Below, piece by piece: positions 30,867-41,526 of a stretch of DNA of 64,000 nt (its first letter is position 1; the number at the start of each line of letters is the position of its first letter). This DNA comes from Pseudomonadota bacterium (GTDB lineage Bacteria; Pseudomonadota; Gammaproteobacteria; Enterobacterales; JBCCZV01). The translations under genes were made by a program, and so were the position numbers. The notes under the pieces were generated by a model. It saw only the letters and a program-made list of their open reading frames with translations. It was not told the origin of the DNA and searched no databases. The DNA lies in NCBI GenBank assembly GCA_039187085.1, contig JBCCZV010000001.1:13442-77441 (forward strand), read 5' to 3'.

Positions 30867-31481
30867 TCATGTGTCAAAAGCAACCGCTAGAACTAATCGA
30901 AAATCAGAATCCGCTTCTTGAATGCTGGAGAACTGTCTTCCCCAAGAATAAATTTTATTATTCGATTGATACATATAATGACAAAGTCCATTATATAAAG
31001 TCATGTCTTCTTCATCAGTGCTTTTTACACCGATAATTCCCTCTCCAGCAAAACCTGTGCCGGTGATCCAAGTGGCCGTTGAATCGATATCCCACGCCCT
31101 TTTGAGATAATCCTGTAAAACATGAGGTGGGATAGCAATACCAAACATAGCATCATTAACAATTTCTTGTTCGCTTTTGTTAACAGAGCCGTTAATTTTA
31201 GTAATGTAACTCTCTATTGTCCATTGCGCGTAATTTTGACCTTCTCCTCGATTACCAAATGATTGAGTAAAAGCTTCAATATCATTGAGCTTTTGTATTT
31301 CTCCATCCGCTTGTAACATTTTCAAAAATGTTTTTATTTCTGCAAGTACTCTAAAAGCTTGGTTCGCATTAATGATTTGCGCTGGCCTATCAGGTCGGTT
31401 ATACAAAGCGTAAAAAGTACTTGTAAAGCCACAAACTCCCCAACCTTGGTTGGTCACTCCCATTTCATCAATTCCTGCCAT
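30867..31481 (-). CDS. Hypothetical leaderless protein with papain-like Cys/His motif pair
   Basis: 204 aa with an AAGGA SD 8 nt upstream. Motifs are NQGWGVCGFTS (Gln12, Cys17) and GLCHYMYQSNNKIYSWG (His168, SWG). No signal peptide or TM. Family not recognised. Confidence 0.6.
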   Translation of the reverse strand: MAGIDEMGVTNQGWGVCGFTSTFYALYNRPDRPAQIINANQAFRVLAEIKTFLKMLQADGEIQKLNDIEAFTQSFGNRGEGQNYAQWTIESYITKINGSVNKSEQEIVNDAMFGIAIPPHVLQDYLKRAWDIDSTATWITGTGFAGEGIIGVKSTDEEDMTLYNGLCHYMYQSNNKIYSWGRQFSSIQEADSDFRLVLAVAFDT

Positions 31482-31755
31482 GATTGTTATCCTTCTAGAA
31501 TGTTAATTAAGTCGAGTAAAACTTATACTACATGATCAGCTATCTACTAAACATCCGTCCTTTGCATAGTTTAACTCCATTAGACGGAACTCAGTTTAAG
31601 TCGTTACTCAGTATTGTGGGAGAAACAGGAGAGAATTCTGGAAAAAACTCAAAGAGGGGCGCACGATCAATTTCGAAAATAAATCATTTCAAAGAAGGCC
31701 GTGAGCAGGTTATCAAAATTTCAATAGCTAATATAATAAATCCGCCGGATAACGA

Positions 31756-33162
31756 CTAACGTCGTTTAACAAATTTCATTAAACGTTTTTTACGACGAAT
31801 TTGTCGATCAGTTAGTACATTTTTCTTATCTTTATAAGGATTGTCGCCTTCTTTATACTGAATTCGTATGGGTGTTCCCATTAACTTAAGAGATTTACGG
31901 AAGTGATTCATTAAATAACGTGTATAGCTATCAGGTAATGATTCAACCTGGCTTCCATGAACAACCACGATTGGCGGATTATGACCACCTAAGTGTGCAT
32001 ATCTGAGCTTAACCCTACGCCCTTTAATTAATGGCGGCTGATGAATTTCTTGTGCTTTTTCCAACGACTTGGTAATAACGTTAGTGCTAATATCTCGCAT
32101 CGCATTATCATAAGACTCGTGTACAGACTCAAATAAGTGACCTACACCGGTACCATGCTTCGCTGAAATAAAGTGGTGCCTCGCATAATCAATAAAAACT
32201 AAACGTCTCGCTAGTTCTTCTTTAACGGAATCGCGATCATCACTAGATAGTCCATCCCATTTATTGATAGCAAAAACAATACCTTTTCCACTTTCTATTG
32301 CAAAACTTAAAATGGTGAGGTCTTGTTCTGTCACTCCTTCTCTTGCGTCAATAATCCAAATCACAACATGACTGTCTTCGATTGCTTGTAAGGTTTTGAC
32401 AACTGAAAATTTTTCGACAGTTTCTTTAACTTTAGCTCGTCGACGCACCCCGGCTGTATCGATAAGTGTGTAGTGTTTTCCCTGTTTTTCCATATCAATG
32501 TAAATACTATCACGTGTTGTACCTGGCTGATCAAAAACAACAACCCGTTCTTCACCTAGTATTCGATTAATTAAAGTGGATTTACCCACATTAGGACGGC
32601 CAATAACAGCCAACTTTATAGACTTACTATCTTGAAGTGGTTTCTCTATTGAACTTTCTTCGTCCGTTAAATCTATCTTATCATCCATAACTTGACGGAT
32701 TAACTCTTTAACACCTCGGCCATGAACTGCAGCTATTAGCGAAGGTTCCCCTAAACCTAGTTCATAACAATCACTCAGGATGTCGTCCAATGCAACCCCA
32801 TCACTTTTATTCACCACTAGATGGCAGGGTCTGTTATAACTACGTAATTGCTCAGCCAAGGTCCTATCAATACTATTGATACCGGCTTTACCATCAACCA
32901 TAAAGAAAATAACATCAGCTTCAGCTGCAGCTTGTAAACTTTGCTTGGCCATTTCCAGATCAATACCCGATTCTTCGCCAGTAATGCCGCCTGTATCCAC
33001 AACTAAATAGGGCTGGCCTCGGTACTCTGCTTTGCCATATTGACGATCTCGCGTTAAACCAGGAAGGTTGGCAACAAGTGCATCTCTCGATTTGGTGAGC
33101 CGATTAAATAAAGTGGACTTGCCAACATTAGGTCGACCAACCAGAGCAACAACAGGAATCAT
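31756..33162 (-). CDS. der: Ribosome-biogenesis GTPase Der (EngA)
   Basis: Two tandem GTPase domains (GRPNVGKST twice, DTGG/DTAG, NKSD/NKWD) plus a KH-like C-terminus. ATG at 33162 with a GGAG SD; the longest ORF starts at TTG 33192. Confidence 0.95.
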   Translation of the reverse strand: MIPVVALVGRPNVGKSTLFNRLTKSRDALVANLPGLTRDRQYGKAEYRGQPYLVVDTGGITGEESGIDLEMAKQSLQAAAEADVIFFMVDGKAGINSIDRTLAEQLRSYNRPCHLVVNKSDGVALDDILSDCYELGLGEPSLIAAVHGRGVKELIRQVMDDKIDLTDEESSIEKPLQDSKSIKLAVIGRPNVGKSTLINRILGEERVVVFDQPGTTRDSIYIDMEKQGKHYTLIDTAGVRRRAKVKETVEKFSVVKTLQAIEDSHVVIWIIDAREGVTEQDLTILSFAIESGKGIVFAINKWDGLSSDDRDSVKEELARRLVFIDYARHHFISAKHGTGVGHLFESVHESYDNAMRDISTNVITKSLEKAQEIHQPPLIKGRRVKLRYAHLGGHNPPIVVVHGSQVESLPDSYTRYLMNHFRKSLKLMGTPIRIQYKEGDNPYKDKKNVLTDRQIRRKKRLMKFVKRR

Positions 33163-33295
33163 GGTAATCTCCGAATTTTCACTGGATTGCAAACCAGTAA
33201 ATACAACTTAAAAAGAAAAACAAATAATGACGCAACGATTGCTCCAACGCTTTGCGCTGTAACAGAGCAATCTGCCTGATAAGAAGTATAGAGCG

Positions 33296-34465
33296 TTATT
33301 GCACTCTATAAGCTGTGACTAGACCATCTTTGCTGAAGGCATAAATGACGCCATTATCGACCAATGGCTGTACACCAATACCCGAGGAATCCATCAGTAC
33401 TTGACCTACAAACTTACCATTTTCTTTATCGATAAAATGTAAGTAACCTTCAAAATCTCCAACGACTAGAGCTTTATCTGTAATGCCTGCACCTGTGACT
33501 TGGCGATTTTCCAACTGATCTTGTATCCAAAGTGTTGCGCCATTGAGTCTATTCATTGCTTTAACATGGCTCAACTGATCGGTGGCGAACACGTTACTAA
33601 TATCCACCGATAAGTTTTGATAGGTAGATAACTCTCTTTGCCAGATGACTTCACCACTACGCAACTCTAAGGCCAAAATATTACCATTGTAACTTGCTGC
33701 ATATACGCGATCGCCGTAAATTATAGGATTAGCATCAACATCCACCATTCTTGCCAGCTCTGAACGTCCGGTAGGCGAAGCGACACGTTTTTCCCAAATT
33801 AAAGCGCCTTTCTCAATGAGAAATGCAGCAATTTTACCATTCGCAAAGCCAGTTACAGCGGCACCTCGATCAATCTGCGCCGAAGCTGTGCCACGCAAAG
33901 AAAGAACAGGAACATTTCGGTCATAAAACCAGGCTCGTTTACCAGACTCTGCAGAAAGGGCAAAAAGCTTACCATCAACGGTGTTAACGACAACCATATT
34001 TTCACCGATCCCAGCAGGTGCTAGAACTTCGCTAGAAACCAGATTGCGCCATAATTCTTTACCTGTGGCTTCTTCAAGTGCAATAACTTCAGCATCTTCG
34101 GATGTTACAATGATAATGCCGTTACCCGCAGCAACTCCCCCACTTAGGGGCGACTCGACATCAACCTCCCACACTTCGTCACCCGAATCACGATCGAGAG
34201 CGACTACTTCTCCATCGATTGATGCGACGAAAACCTTACCATAGGCTATAGAAGGTGTAATTTTGCTGAATATCTCTTCATCAGCATCACTGCGATAACT
34301 CCATAGCTTGTCAATTTCTATTTGGTTTTCAATTTCTGGTAATGGCGCAACATAAATCACTTCTTCATCACCATCCGAAGCACAACCTAAAACCTGAAAA
34401 ACACAAACAGCAGCAATGAAACTACGAGAAAAAGCGTTTTGCATTGAAAATAAATTAAACATCAA
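33296..34465 (-). CDS. bamB: Outer-membrane assembly lipoprotein BamB
   Basis: 389 aa. Lipobox VLG|C and repeated PQQ-like beta-propeller blades. In the conserved yfgM-bamB-der order. Confidence 0.9.
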   Translation of the reverse strand: MMFNLFSMQNAFSRSFIAAVCVFQVLGCASDGDEEVIYVAPLPEIENQIEIDKLWSYRSDADEEIFSKITPSIAYGKVFVASIDGEVVALDRDSGDEVWEVDVESPLSGGVAAGNGIIIVTSEDAEVIALEEATGKELWRNLVSSEVLAPAGIGENMVVVNTVDGKLFALSAESGKRAWFYDRNVPVLSLRGTASAQIDRGAAVTGFANGKIAAFLIEKGALIWEKRVASPTGRSELARMVDVDANPIIYGDRVYAASYNGNILALELRSGEVIWQRELSTYQNLSVDISNVFATDQLSHVKAMNRLNGATLWIQDQLENRQVTGAGITDKALVVGDFEGYLHFIDKENGKFVGQVLMDSSGIGVQPLVDNGVIYAFSKDGLVTAYRVQ

Positions 34466-35108
34466 TTTCTACCAAGTCAGTGATATCAGTTTCGAGCTCT
34501 TCTCTTACATATCGTAAGTTAGGGTGTTCAGGCATGCCTGAAATCGAAGATTCAGCATCCTTAAAAGCCGCTTTTGCTTTTTCTGTATCGCCTTGGTTGA
34601 TGTAAATCATTCCTTTAAGAAATCCGTAAGACGACTTAAAAGCTCCCTGTTCTAGATTACTTATAAGAGAAAGCGCCTCTTCAGGTTTATCAGCTGCGAG
34701 CAAGACTCTGCCTAGACGAAGCCGAGCAACATGTTGCACGCCGCCCTCTTCTGCTCTTGCCAGTACATCACGTAAATGTTTCTCTGCTGTGGTCAGATCG
34801 TTTGATTCAACTGCCTGTTTGGCAAGTTGCAAGGCTAGCATGATGGAGTAAGGTGTATCGGCATAGTCAGCAATGAGTTTTTCCGCTTTAGCCACATCAA
34901 TGTTGTTGTCATCCGTATTTTCTTCAACGATTAATTGATAGGCTTCTGACGCCGCTTCTCGACGGTCCTCTTTATAACCTTTCCAATTGATATAACCAAT
35001 AACTGCCCCTATTCCAAGAATAGCACCGACAATTACGGCTGTACCGTTTTGTTCCCACCATTTTTTTATGGCTTCGAGCTGTTGCTCTTCTGTTTCAAAA
35101 CCTTCCAC
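34455..35108 (-). CDS. yfgM: YfgM-family membrane-anchored TPR protein
   Basis: 217 aa. N-terminus EEQQLEAIKKWWEQNG followed by a single TM, then a TPR-like C-terminus. Conserved position after hisS. Confidence 0.85.
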   Translation of the reverse strand: MEGFETEEQQLEAIKKWWEQNGTAVIVGAILGIGAVIGYINWKGYKEDRREAASEAYQLIVEENTDDNNIDVAKAEKLIADYADTPYSIMLALQLAKQAVESNDLTTAEKHLRDVLARAEEGGVQHVARLRLGRVLLAADKPEEALSLISNLEQGAFKSSYGFLKGMIYINQGDTEKAKAAFKDAESSISGMPEHPNLRYVREELETDITDLVEIDV

Positions 35109-35213
35109 AGTGTTACTCCTGTCACAAAATTGTTTCTATTCTCTTAAAATCAGCCCACCATAATAATGGCATTACTCATTTTATTCATCTAAAAAATACT
35201 TGCTACTCGTCGT

Positions 35214-36491
35214 TTAATGACTTAGCAATGATGCGATTTGATCAGTAAGGGCACCTACCGCCACGTTCTTAAACTCTTCTCCGCTGCTCATGTCCTTAAT
35301 AGTTACAACCCGCTCAGAAACTTCATGTTCACCGCAAATTATTGCTAAACGCGCTTTTGAACGGTTCGCTTTTTTAAGCTGCTTTTTAAAATTACCGCCA
35401 CCTCTATTTTCCATAACACGTAAGCTTTGGTTTTTTCTCAAATTTTCGGCAATAGAGGCCGCAAAAAGAACCACTTCGGATTGACCTACAGCTGCGATAA
35501 ATACATCAACATCAGCCTGGAAAACAAAATCTGGATTAGCAATCTGTACTACTTCGATGATGCGTTCTACACCCATAGCAAATCCACAACCCGGTACGGC
35601 ATCACCACCTAACTGCTCAACCAGGCTATCATACCTCCCGCCCGCACAAATTGTTCCTTGCGCACCTAAACAATCAGTGACCCACTCAAAAACTGTACGA
35701 TTATAATAATCCAAACCTCTCACCAACAATGGGTTTAAGGTAAAGTCAATGTTGTGCGCTTTTAATAGACCACATAACTGCTCGAAGTGTTCCCGAGATT
35801 CTGCGTCCAAAAACTCTGTCAATTGAGGTGCATTAGCAATTAAGACACCCATCTCCGGATTCTTGCTATCTAATATGCGTAGAGGGTTACGTTCAAGTCT
35901 TGCCAAGGAGTCTTGGTCGAGTTGATCTTTATGTTGCGAAAAATATTCAACTAGCTTTTCGCGATAATGCTTACGTGCTTCAAGGCTACCAATAGAATTG
36001 AGTTCAAGTGTTGCTTTTGACGATATTCCCAGAGCTTCCCATAACTTTGCTGTCATCAGAATCATTTCAAAGTCCATGTCGGGAGATGCTTCACCGAAAG
36101 CTTCAGCGCCTATTTGATTAAACTGGCGGTAGCGACCTTTCTGAGGATTTTCATGACGGAACATCGGTCCACTGTAAAATACACGCGGATTATTTCCATA
36201 AAACAAGCTATTTTGAATGCTGGCACGCACGCAACTGGCCGTATTTTCTGGCCTTAAAGTTAACATGTGTTTTTCATTATCACTGAAGGTGTACATTTCT
36301 TTTTCGACAATATCAGTGACTTCACCTATGGAGCGCTTGAAAAGCTGCGTATATTCTAGGATTGGTGTTCGTATTTCTGAATAACCGAATGAACTGATAA
36401 TATCAATAACTGTTTTTTCAACACCACGCCATAACGCAGAGTCTTCGGGTAACAGGTCGTAAGTACCTTTAATATTGTTTATTTTTTCCAA
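35214..36491 (-). CDS. hisS: Histidine--tRNA ligase
   Basis: 425 aa with class II aaRS motifs (MLTLRPENTA, FRHENPQKGRYRQF, GGGRYD) and an anticodon-binding C-terminus. Confidence 0.97.
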   Translation of the reverse strand: MEKINNIKGTYDLLPEDSALWRGVEKTVIDIISSFGYSEIRTPILEYTQLFKRSIGEVTDIVEKEMYTFSDNEKHMLTLRPENTASCVRASIQNSLFYGNNPRVFYSGPMFRHENPQKGRYRQFNQIGAEAFGEASPDMDFEMILMTAKLWEALGISSKATLELNSIGSLEARKHYREKLVEYFSQHKDQLDQDSLARLERNPLRILDSKNPEMGVLIANAPQLTEFLDAESREHFEQLCGLLKAHNIDFTLNPLLVRGLDYYNRTVFEWVTDCLGAQGTICAGGRYDSLVEQLGGDAVPGCGFAMGVERIIEVVQIANPDFVFQADVDVFIAAVGQSEVVLFAASIAENLRKNQSLRVMENRGGGNFKKQLKKANRSKARLAIICGEHEVSERVVTIKDMSSGEEFKNVAVGALTDQIASLLSH

Positions 36492-36586
36492 AATTAACTA
36501 CCTAACTCAGAACTAATAAGCTATCACGCCTATCTTCAAAAGGGCTGAAATAAACACCCTCACAAACATTTTGAATCCAATGGCTA

Positions 36587-37705
36587 TTAAATATGCGTCA
36601 CCGGTAATTGCAATTTCTCGGCTTTGGCTTTTTCATCCAGTTTTTGCCTAACGACTTTCTCGATGTTATCAACCAAGGTCTCATTATCTAGTTTTTCAAA
36701 TTTTTCGCCATTAACGTAGAGTAAGCTTTTACCCGCACCCCCAGTTAATCCAACATCAGATTCTTTTGCCTCACCTGGACCATTAACAACGCAACCAATA
36801 ATGGCTACATCTAAGCTGCGAACTTCATCATCGAATTTAGCTTCTAATTGATTGACTGTTTTAATCACATCGAATTGTTGACGAGAGCAAGAGGGACAAG
36901 CAATAAAATTGATACCGCGTTGCCTTAAGCCTAAACTTTTCAAAATATCGAAACCGACTTTAATTTCTTCTACGGGGTCAGCTGCTAAAGAAATACGAAT
37001 CGTATCCCCAATACCCTCGGCTAATAACATACCCAAGCCTACTGATGACTTGACTGAACCAGAACGTAAACCTCCTGCTTCTGTTATTCCAAGATGCAAA
37101 GGTTGTTCAATTTGGTTGGCTAATTGACGATAAGCACTCACCGTCATAAACACATCAGAAGCTTTCAAACTTACTTTAAAGTTATCAAAATCATATTTGT
37201 TGAGAAAGTCAATATGCCTGAAAGCGGACTCAACCAAGGCTTCTGGTGTTGGCTCACCATACTTTACCTGCAAATCTTTTTCTAAAGAGCCCGCGTTAAC
37301 ACCAATACGGATTGGAATATTTTTATCTTTTGCTGTTTCAACAACGGCTTTTACTCGTTGCTCGTTACCAATATTACCTGGATTAATACGCAAACAATCA
37401 ACCCCATGTTCAGCGACCTTCAATGCAATTCGATAATCAAAATGTATATCTGCAACTAAAGGTAATTCCACTTGAGCGCGAATTTTTGCAAAAGCTTCCG
37501 CTGCATCCATTGTGGGTACAGAAACCCTGACGATATCTGCACCGACTTTTTGAAGTCGCTTAATTTGTGCTACTGTAGCTTCAACATCACAAGTATCTGT
37601 GTTTGTCATGCTTTGTACAGATATGGGTGCACCGCCACCCACTGTCACGTTACCGACTTGGATGGCTTTTGAAACTCTTCGTTTAATCCATGATTTACCT
37701 TTCAT
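36587..37705 (-). CDS. ispG: 4-hydroxy-3-methylbut-2-enyl diphosphate synthase IspG
   Basis: 372 aa. GcpE signature with Cys ligands ([19 protein letters not shown]). Confidence 0.97.
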   Translation of the reverse strand: MKGKSWIKRRVSKAIQVGNVTVGGGAPISVQSMTNTDTCDVEATVAQIKRLQKVGADIVRVSVPTMDAAEAFAKIRAQVELPLVADIHFDYRIALKVAEHGVDCLRINPGNIGNEQRVKAVVETAKDKNIPIRIGVNAGSLEKDLQVKYGEPTPEALVESAFRHIDFLNKYDFDNFKVSLKASDVFMTVSAYRQLANQIEQPLHLGITEAGGLRSGSVKSSVGLGMLLAEGIGDTIRISLAADPVEEIKVGFDILKSLGLRQRGINFIACPSCSRQQFDVIKTVNQLEAKFDDEVRSLDVAIIGCVVNGPGEAKESDVGLTGGAGKSLLYVNGEKFEKLDNETLVDNIEKVVRQKLDEKAKAEKLQLPVTHI

Positions 37706-37775
37706 TGAATACTACCCGTGTTGATCAATTCTTGGATGGTGATTTTAAATAAAACAGTGATATATTTACGAGCGA

Positions 37776-38864
37776 TTACAATGTAAGGTGCACTGTTTTA
37801 CCGGCGACATGAGCCGATAAGTCCACTGGCTCGTCGTTTATAGTGATTTCTACAGCAGATGGGTCACCCATGGTTAATTTAAACGTATTATTGGTTTCCA
37901 CCTCAATGACTCTACCCGGCTCTTTAAGCCCATAAACCAAATGTTCTTCACTATCATCAGTGACTTTGACCCAGCACTCCGCAATAAAACGCATTTGCAT
38001 GATCTTTAATTCATTGTCATTAACTTGAACCGGTGCCGTTGTTTGCCCCTCAAGGGCAGTTTCTAGCTTAGGGCTCTCGTCGTTACTGGAGTTGAATCCA
38101 GGGACAGGCAAGTCATTGGTTATGACCTTTTCTTCTGAATCCAATGCTAGCGCCGGTTGTACTTGACTTGCAGTCGCAGAAAGCTCTTCATCAGCCACAA
38201 GATCTATCACCCCTACCTCCGTCGGCTGTTTGTCATTTTCTAGTTGTTCGAGCTGAGTACTTGCTTCGGTTGATGCAGTGATTTTGTTCAAATCGTTACC
38301 ATCACTATCAAGTCTGACTATTTTCTCTTGTTCAGGAATATCGAGTGACTGTAATTCTAGATTCTTTTCGGAGGTTGTTGTAAAACCAATGTTAGACACT
38401 TGCTCCGATAGCACGTCTCTGAAAAAAACAAAAACAGTACTTGCAATAGCCAACAAAATCATAATGGTTATCAACCAAACAATGTTTGATTGATAACGTT
38501 TGGCGTGTACATAAGGCGTTCTTTTGCTGGTATCCAAACTTTGAGAACGTAGCGTATTGTCTATGGGTGTATCAAACTTTTCATCAGACACCGCATGCAT
38601 TTCATTAAATAATTTAACGAGGTCATCCGCTGATAAACCTAATAGATTGGCATAGCTACGAATATATCCTCGGAAAAAAGCTCTCGGCAACCCAGAGGCA
38701 AATTCATCACTTTCCAAATCATTGAGTGTATCAAGCGTCAGCTTTAATTTTTCGCAAATATGCTGTTTTGATATCCCTTGAACTTGACGAGCTTGTGCTA
38801 ATCGATAACCGGGCCCTACCTCTTTTTTCGGCTTTGCTTGAAGTTCTTCAACTATCTCTGCCAT
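37776..38864 (-). CDS. rodZ: Cytoskeleton protein RodZ
   Basis: 362 aa. N-terminal HTH (LAQARQVQGISKQHICEKLKL), a single TM, an acidic linker and a C-terminal DUF4115-like beta domain. Confidence 0.85.
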   Translation of the reverse strand: MAEIVEELQAKPKKEVGPGYRLAQARQVQGISKQHICEKLKLTLDTLNDLESDEFASGLPRAFFRGYIRSYANLLGLSADDLVKLFNEMHAVSDEKFDTPIDNTLRSQSLDTSKRTPYVHAKRYQSNIVWLITIMILLAIASTVFVFFRDVLSEQVSNIGFTTTSEKNLELQSLDIPEQEKIVRLDSDGNDLNKITASTEASTQLEQLENDKQPTEVGVIDLVADEELSATASQVQPALALDSEEKVITNDLPVPGFNSSNDESPKLETALEGQTTAPVQVNDNELKIMQMRFIAECWVKVTDDSEEHLVYGLKEPGRVIEVETNNTFKLTMGDPSAVEITINDEPVDLSAHVAGKTVHLTL

Positions 38865-39664
38865 TTTTGTTTTATTTCCTGGTATTGTGCCGTTTCTTCT
38901 GAATCGGGAAACATTTGTTCTAGTTTTACAGCGTAACTGCCTAAGGCATTGTTATCGCCCCGTTCTTTTTCTATACGCATAGCTAACCATAGTGAACGAG
39001 GAGAATGTTTAGCCACCTTCATATAACGAGAGATATAACTATGTGCAACCTGCAAATTGGCTTTCTTAAAATAAATGTCAGCCATCTCAAGCAAGGATTT
39101 TTTTGAGTCTCTATCATAACTTAAAGCTTTACGAAAGAACGATTCAGCTTGTGTAACGTTACCACTTTCGACGGAGCAAATACCTGCATTTTCAAAACTG
39201 GAAGACACTTGCGTGTAAGAAGGAATACTAATCGCTTTTAAAAAATGTTTAATTGCTTTGTCATACTGCTGATTTTTGCATAAAAAGACACCGTATTGAT
39301 TTAACGAATCTGGATCATTAGGCGATAACTTTAATGCATACTTGTAAGCGGCTTCTGCTTGTTCAGTTTCTCCAACAAACTCGAAATAATAGCCATAGAC
39401 ACGATGAACAATAGGCTTTTCAGGTGCATATTTAAGTGCACAATCTAAATTTTTCTTTCCCATTTCCACTTGACCATGAGAAATTTTGTGAGTAGCAATT
39501 TGTAAGCGTTTTTCAGCGGCTAAATTTCGATCAAAGTTCATTATGTTTTTCGCGCAAACGACATTCTTAACACGTTGTGTTTGATCAATGTAAGAAGGTT
39601 TGCCCGAACAACCGACGAGTAAACTCATACCCACTACGCAAATGACTTTGATAATTTGTTTCAT
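38852..39664 (-). CDS. pilF: Type IV pilus biogenesis/stability TPR lipoprotein PilF (PilW in Neisseria nomenclature)
   Basis: 270 aa. Lipobox LLVG|C and multiple TPR repeats. Conserved position between rlmN and rodZ. Confidence 0.85.
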   Translation of the reverse strand: MKQIIKVICVVGMSLLVGCSGKPSYIDQTQRVKNVVCAKNIMNFDRNLAAEKRLQIATHKISHGQVEMGKKNLDCALKYAPEKPIVHRVYGYYFEFVGETEQAEAAYKYALKLSPNDPDSLNQYGVFLCKNQQYDKAIKHFLKAISIPSYTQVSSSFENAGICSVESGNVTQAESFFRKALSYDRDSKKSLLEMADIYFKKANLQVAHSYISRYMKVAKHSPRSLWLAMRIEKERGDNNALGSYAVKLEQMFPDSEETAQYQEIKQKWQR

Positions 39665-40779
39665 TATTCACTCACTGTGTTTATTGGAATCGATCGCGTT
39701 CTTTTGGTTTTGTCTTTAACTTTTCCAACTAACTGTCCACAAGCGGCGTCTATATCGTCACCTCGAGTTTTTCGTGTAGTAACGATAAAACCATTTTTGA
39801 CCAAGAATTCAGCAAATCGCTGGATTTGTTGGTTTTTTGAGCGAACATACTGGCTGTTTGGAAAAGGGTTAAAAGGAATCAAGTTTATTTTACAAGGTAC
39901 ATCATGGAGTATTTTTTTCAATTGTTTAGCGTGCTCAATTTTATCATTGACGCCGTCGAGCATCACATACTCAATGGTGACGCGCTTGGCAGCCGCTGAA
40001 GCATCAAGATAGCTTTTGACAGCAGGTAATAGAACCTCAATAGGGTATTTCTTGTTGAGCGGTACTAGTTCATTACGTAATTCATTATTTGGTGCATGTA
40101 GAGAGAGCGCTAAAGCGACGTCTGAATGTGCTTGAAGTCTCCCCAACGCAGGAACAACACCAGAAGTACTGATCGTCACTCTGCGCTTCGATAGCCCGAA
40201 AGCATTGTCGTCCATCATGATGTTCATAGCTTTGGTAACGGCATCAAAGTTTAAAAGCGGTTCTCCCATTCCCATCATAACGACATTAGAAACAGGTCTA
40301 TTATCTTTGTCAAAACCACCGAGCCTCTGATTAGCTAACCACAGTTGACCAATGATCTCACCAATGGATAAATTGCGATTAAACCCCTGTTGGGCCGTTG
40401 AACAAAAACTGCAGTCCAAAGCGCAGCCTACTTGTGAAGAAATGCACAATGTCCCTCTGTCTGCTTCAGGTATAAATACGGTTTCAATAAGCTGTCCACC
40501 AGGGATTCTGAGGACCCACTTGACCGTACCATCGTTGGATTTTTCTTCGTGCTCAATTTCTAATGCTTCAAGTTGAACATGTTTTTTTAATTTTTCTCTC
40601 AATGATTTACTGAGGTTGGTCATTTCATCAAAGTCAGTGACGCCATGTTGATACAACCATTTTACTAATTGTGTCGAGCGAAAAGGTTTTTCGTCAATTT
40701 CGACAAAAAACTGCTTTATTTCTTCTAGGCCCAAATCGAATAGATTGGTTTTTTCCTCTGACTTTTGTATATCAACCAC
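39664..40779 (-). CDS. rlmN: 23S rRNA/tRNA m2A methyltransferase RlmN (radical SAM)
   Basis: 371 aa. Radical-SAM cluster motif [10 protein letters not shown], plus MGMGEPL and the C-terminal Cys. GTG start at 40779. Confidence 0.95.
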   Translation of the reverse strand: MVDIQKSEEKTNLFDLGLEEIKQFFVEIDEKPFRSTQLVKWLYQHGVTDFDEMTNLSKSLREKLKKHVQLEALEIEHEEKSNDGTVKWVLRIPGGQLIETVFIPEADRGTLCISSQVGCALDCSFCSTAQQGFNRNLSIGEIIGQLWLANQRLGGFDKDNRPVSNVVMMGMGEPLLNFDAVTKAMNIMMDDNAFGLSKRRVTISTSGVVPALGRLQAHSDVALALSLHAPNNELRNELVPLNKKYPIEVLLPAVKSYLDASAAAKRVTIEYVMLDGVNDKIEHAKQLKKILHDVPCKINLIPFNPFPNSQYVRSKNQQIQRFAEFLVKNGFIVTTRKTRGDDIDAACGQLVGKVKDKTKRTRSIPINTVSE

Positions 40780-40793
40780 CTAAACACACCTCT

Positions 40794-40835
40794 AAAAACA
40801 AAATAACCCAGCTAATGATAACTCAAGGCTGGGTT
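40794..40835 (-). terminator. Rho-independent terminator after ndk
   Basis: The minus strand reads AACCCAGC-(15 nt loop)-GCTGGGTT followed by ATTTTGTTTTT. It lies 26 nt after the ndk stop and 15 nt before the rlmN start. Confidence 0.55.
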
Positions 40836-40861
40836 TAAAAGTAACTAGTCAAGAGCCAGCA

Positions 40862-41293
40862 TTATCGGGTTCTTTTGCAAATTTCGTTACTTTCGAAGAA
40901 ATAGGCAATTTCACGTGCAGCAGATTCTGGGGCATCTGAGCCGTGAACAGCATTTTCATCAATACTGTCAGCATAATCAGCTCGCAAAGTTCCTGCAGCA
41001 GCTTCTTGCGGGTTGGTTGCTCCCATAATTTCACGGTTTCTTTTAATCGCTTCTTCACCTTCTAAAACTTGAACCATAACAGGACCAGAGGTCATGAAAG
41101 ACACCAGGGCATTAAAGAAAGGACGTTCTTTATGTTCAGCATAAAAACCTTCTGCTTGCTCCTTGGACAAATGCAACATTTTTGAGGCAACAATCTTTAG
41201 GCCTGCTTTCTCAAAGCGCCCATAAATTTCACCAATTAAGTTTTTTGCTACAGCATCTGGCTTTACAATGGAAAAGGTTTGCTCAATAGCCAT
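40862..41293 (-). CDS. ndk: Nucleoside diphosphate kinase
   Basis: [15 protein letters not shown] start (ATG at 41293) and active-site NAVHGSD. The longest ORF adds 35 unsupported codons. Confidence 0.97.
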   Translation of the reverse strand: MAIEQTFSIVKPDAVAKNLIGEIYGRFEKAGLKIVASKMLHLSKEQAEGFYAEHKERPFFNALVSFMTSGPVMVQVLEGEEAIKRNREIMGATNPQEAAAGTLRADYADSIDENAVHGSDAPESAAREIAYFFESNEICKRTR

Positions 41294-41526
41294 TATTTCA
41301 CTCCACAATTTAATAAATAACAGTAAGCTCACAAAACGCATGAGCCGCTTGGATTTTTTTCGCGGCCAATTATAGCGAGCTTTACTCGCATATCTCAATC
41401 ATTTTGCCGGGATTATAAAATAGGAAGGTTTTCTTTAATATGATGAAAGACTTAGCGAAAAGTGAAAGAAGGCGTCTATTAACCTTTGTTGTTGAAGCCA
41501 CTAGAAGCTCAAGTTATTATCCGACT

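Noticed and set aside
31532-31759. 75-aa plus-strand ORF in the der / papain-like-gene spacer
   Set aside because: It has no SD, a low-complexity basic translation, and overlaps the der stop. It more likely lies in the promoter/5' region of the 204-aa gene on the other strand. I also looked for tandem repeats or an RNA structure here and found only 7-nt repeats and a 5-bp stem.
41294-41398. N-terminal extensions in the longest-ORF predictions for ndk, and similarly adk (4087..4131), dnaX (10093..10119), pal (44088..44114), der (33163..33192) and the HD-GYP gene (57887..57946)
   Set aside because: In each case the conserved family N-terminus begins at an internal ATG, most of them (pal, der) preceded by a recognisable SD. 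The extensions have no homology-like features.
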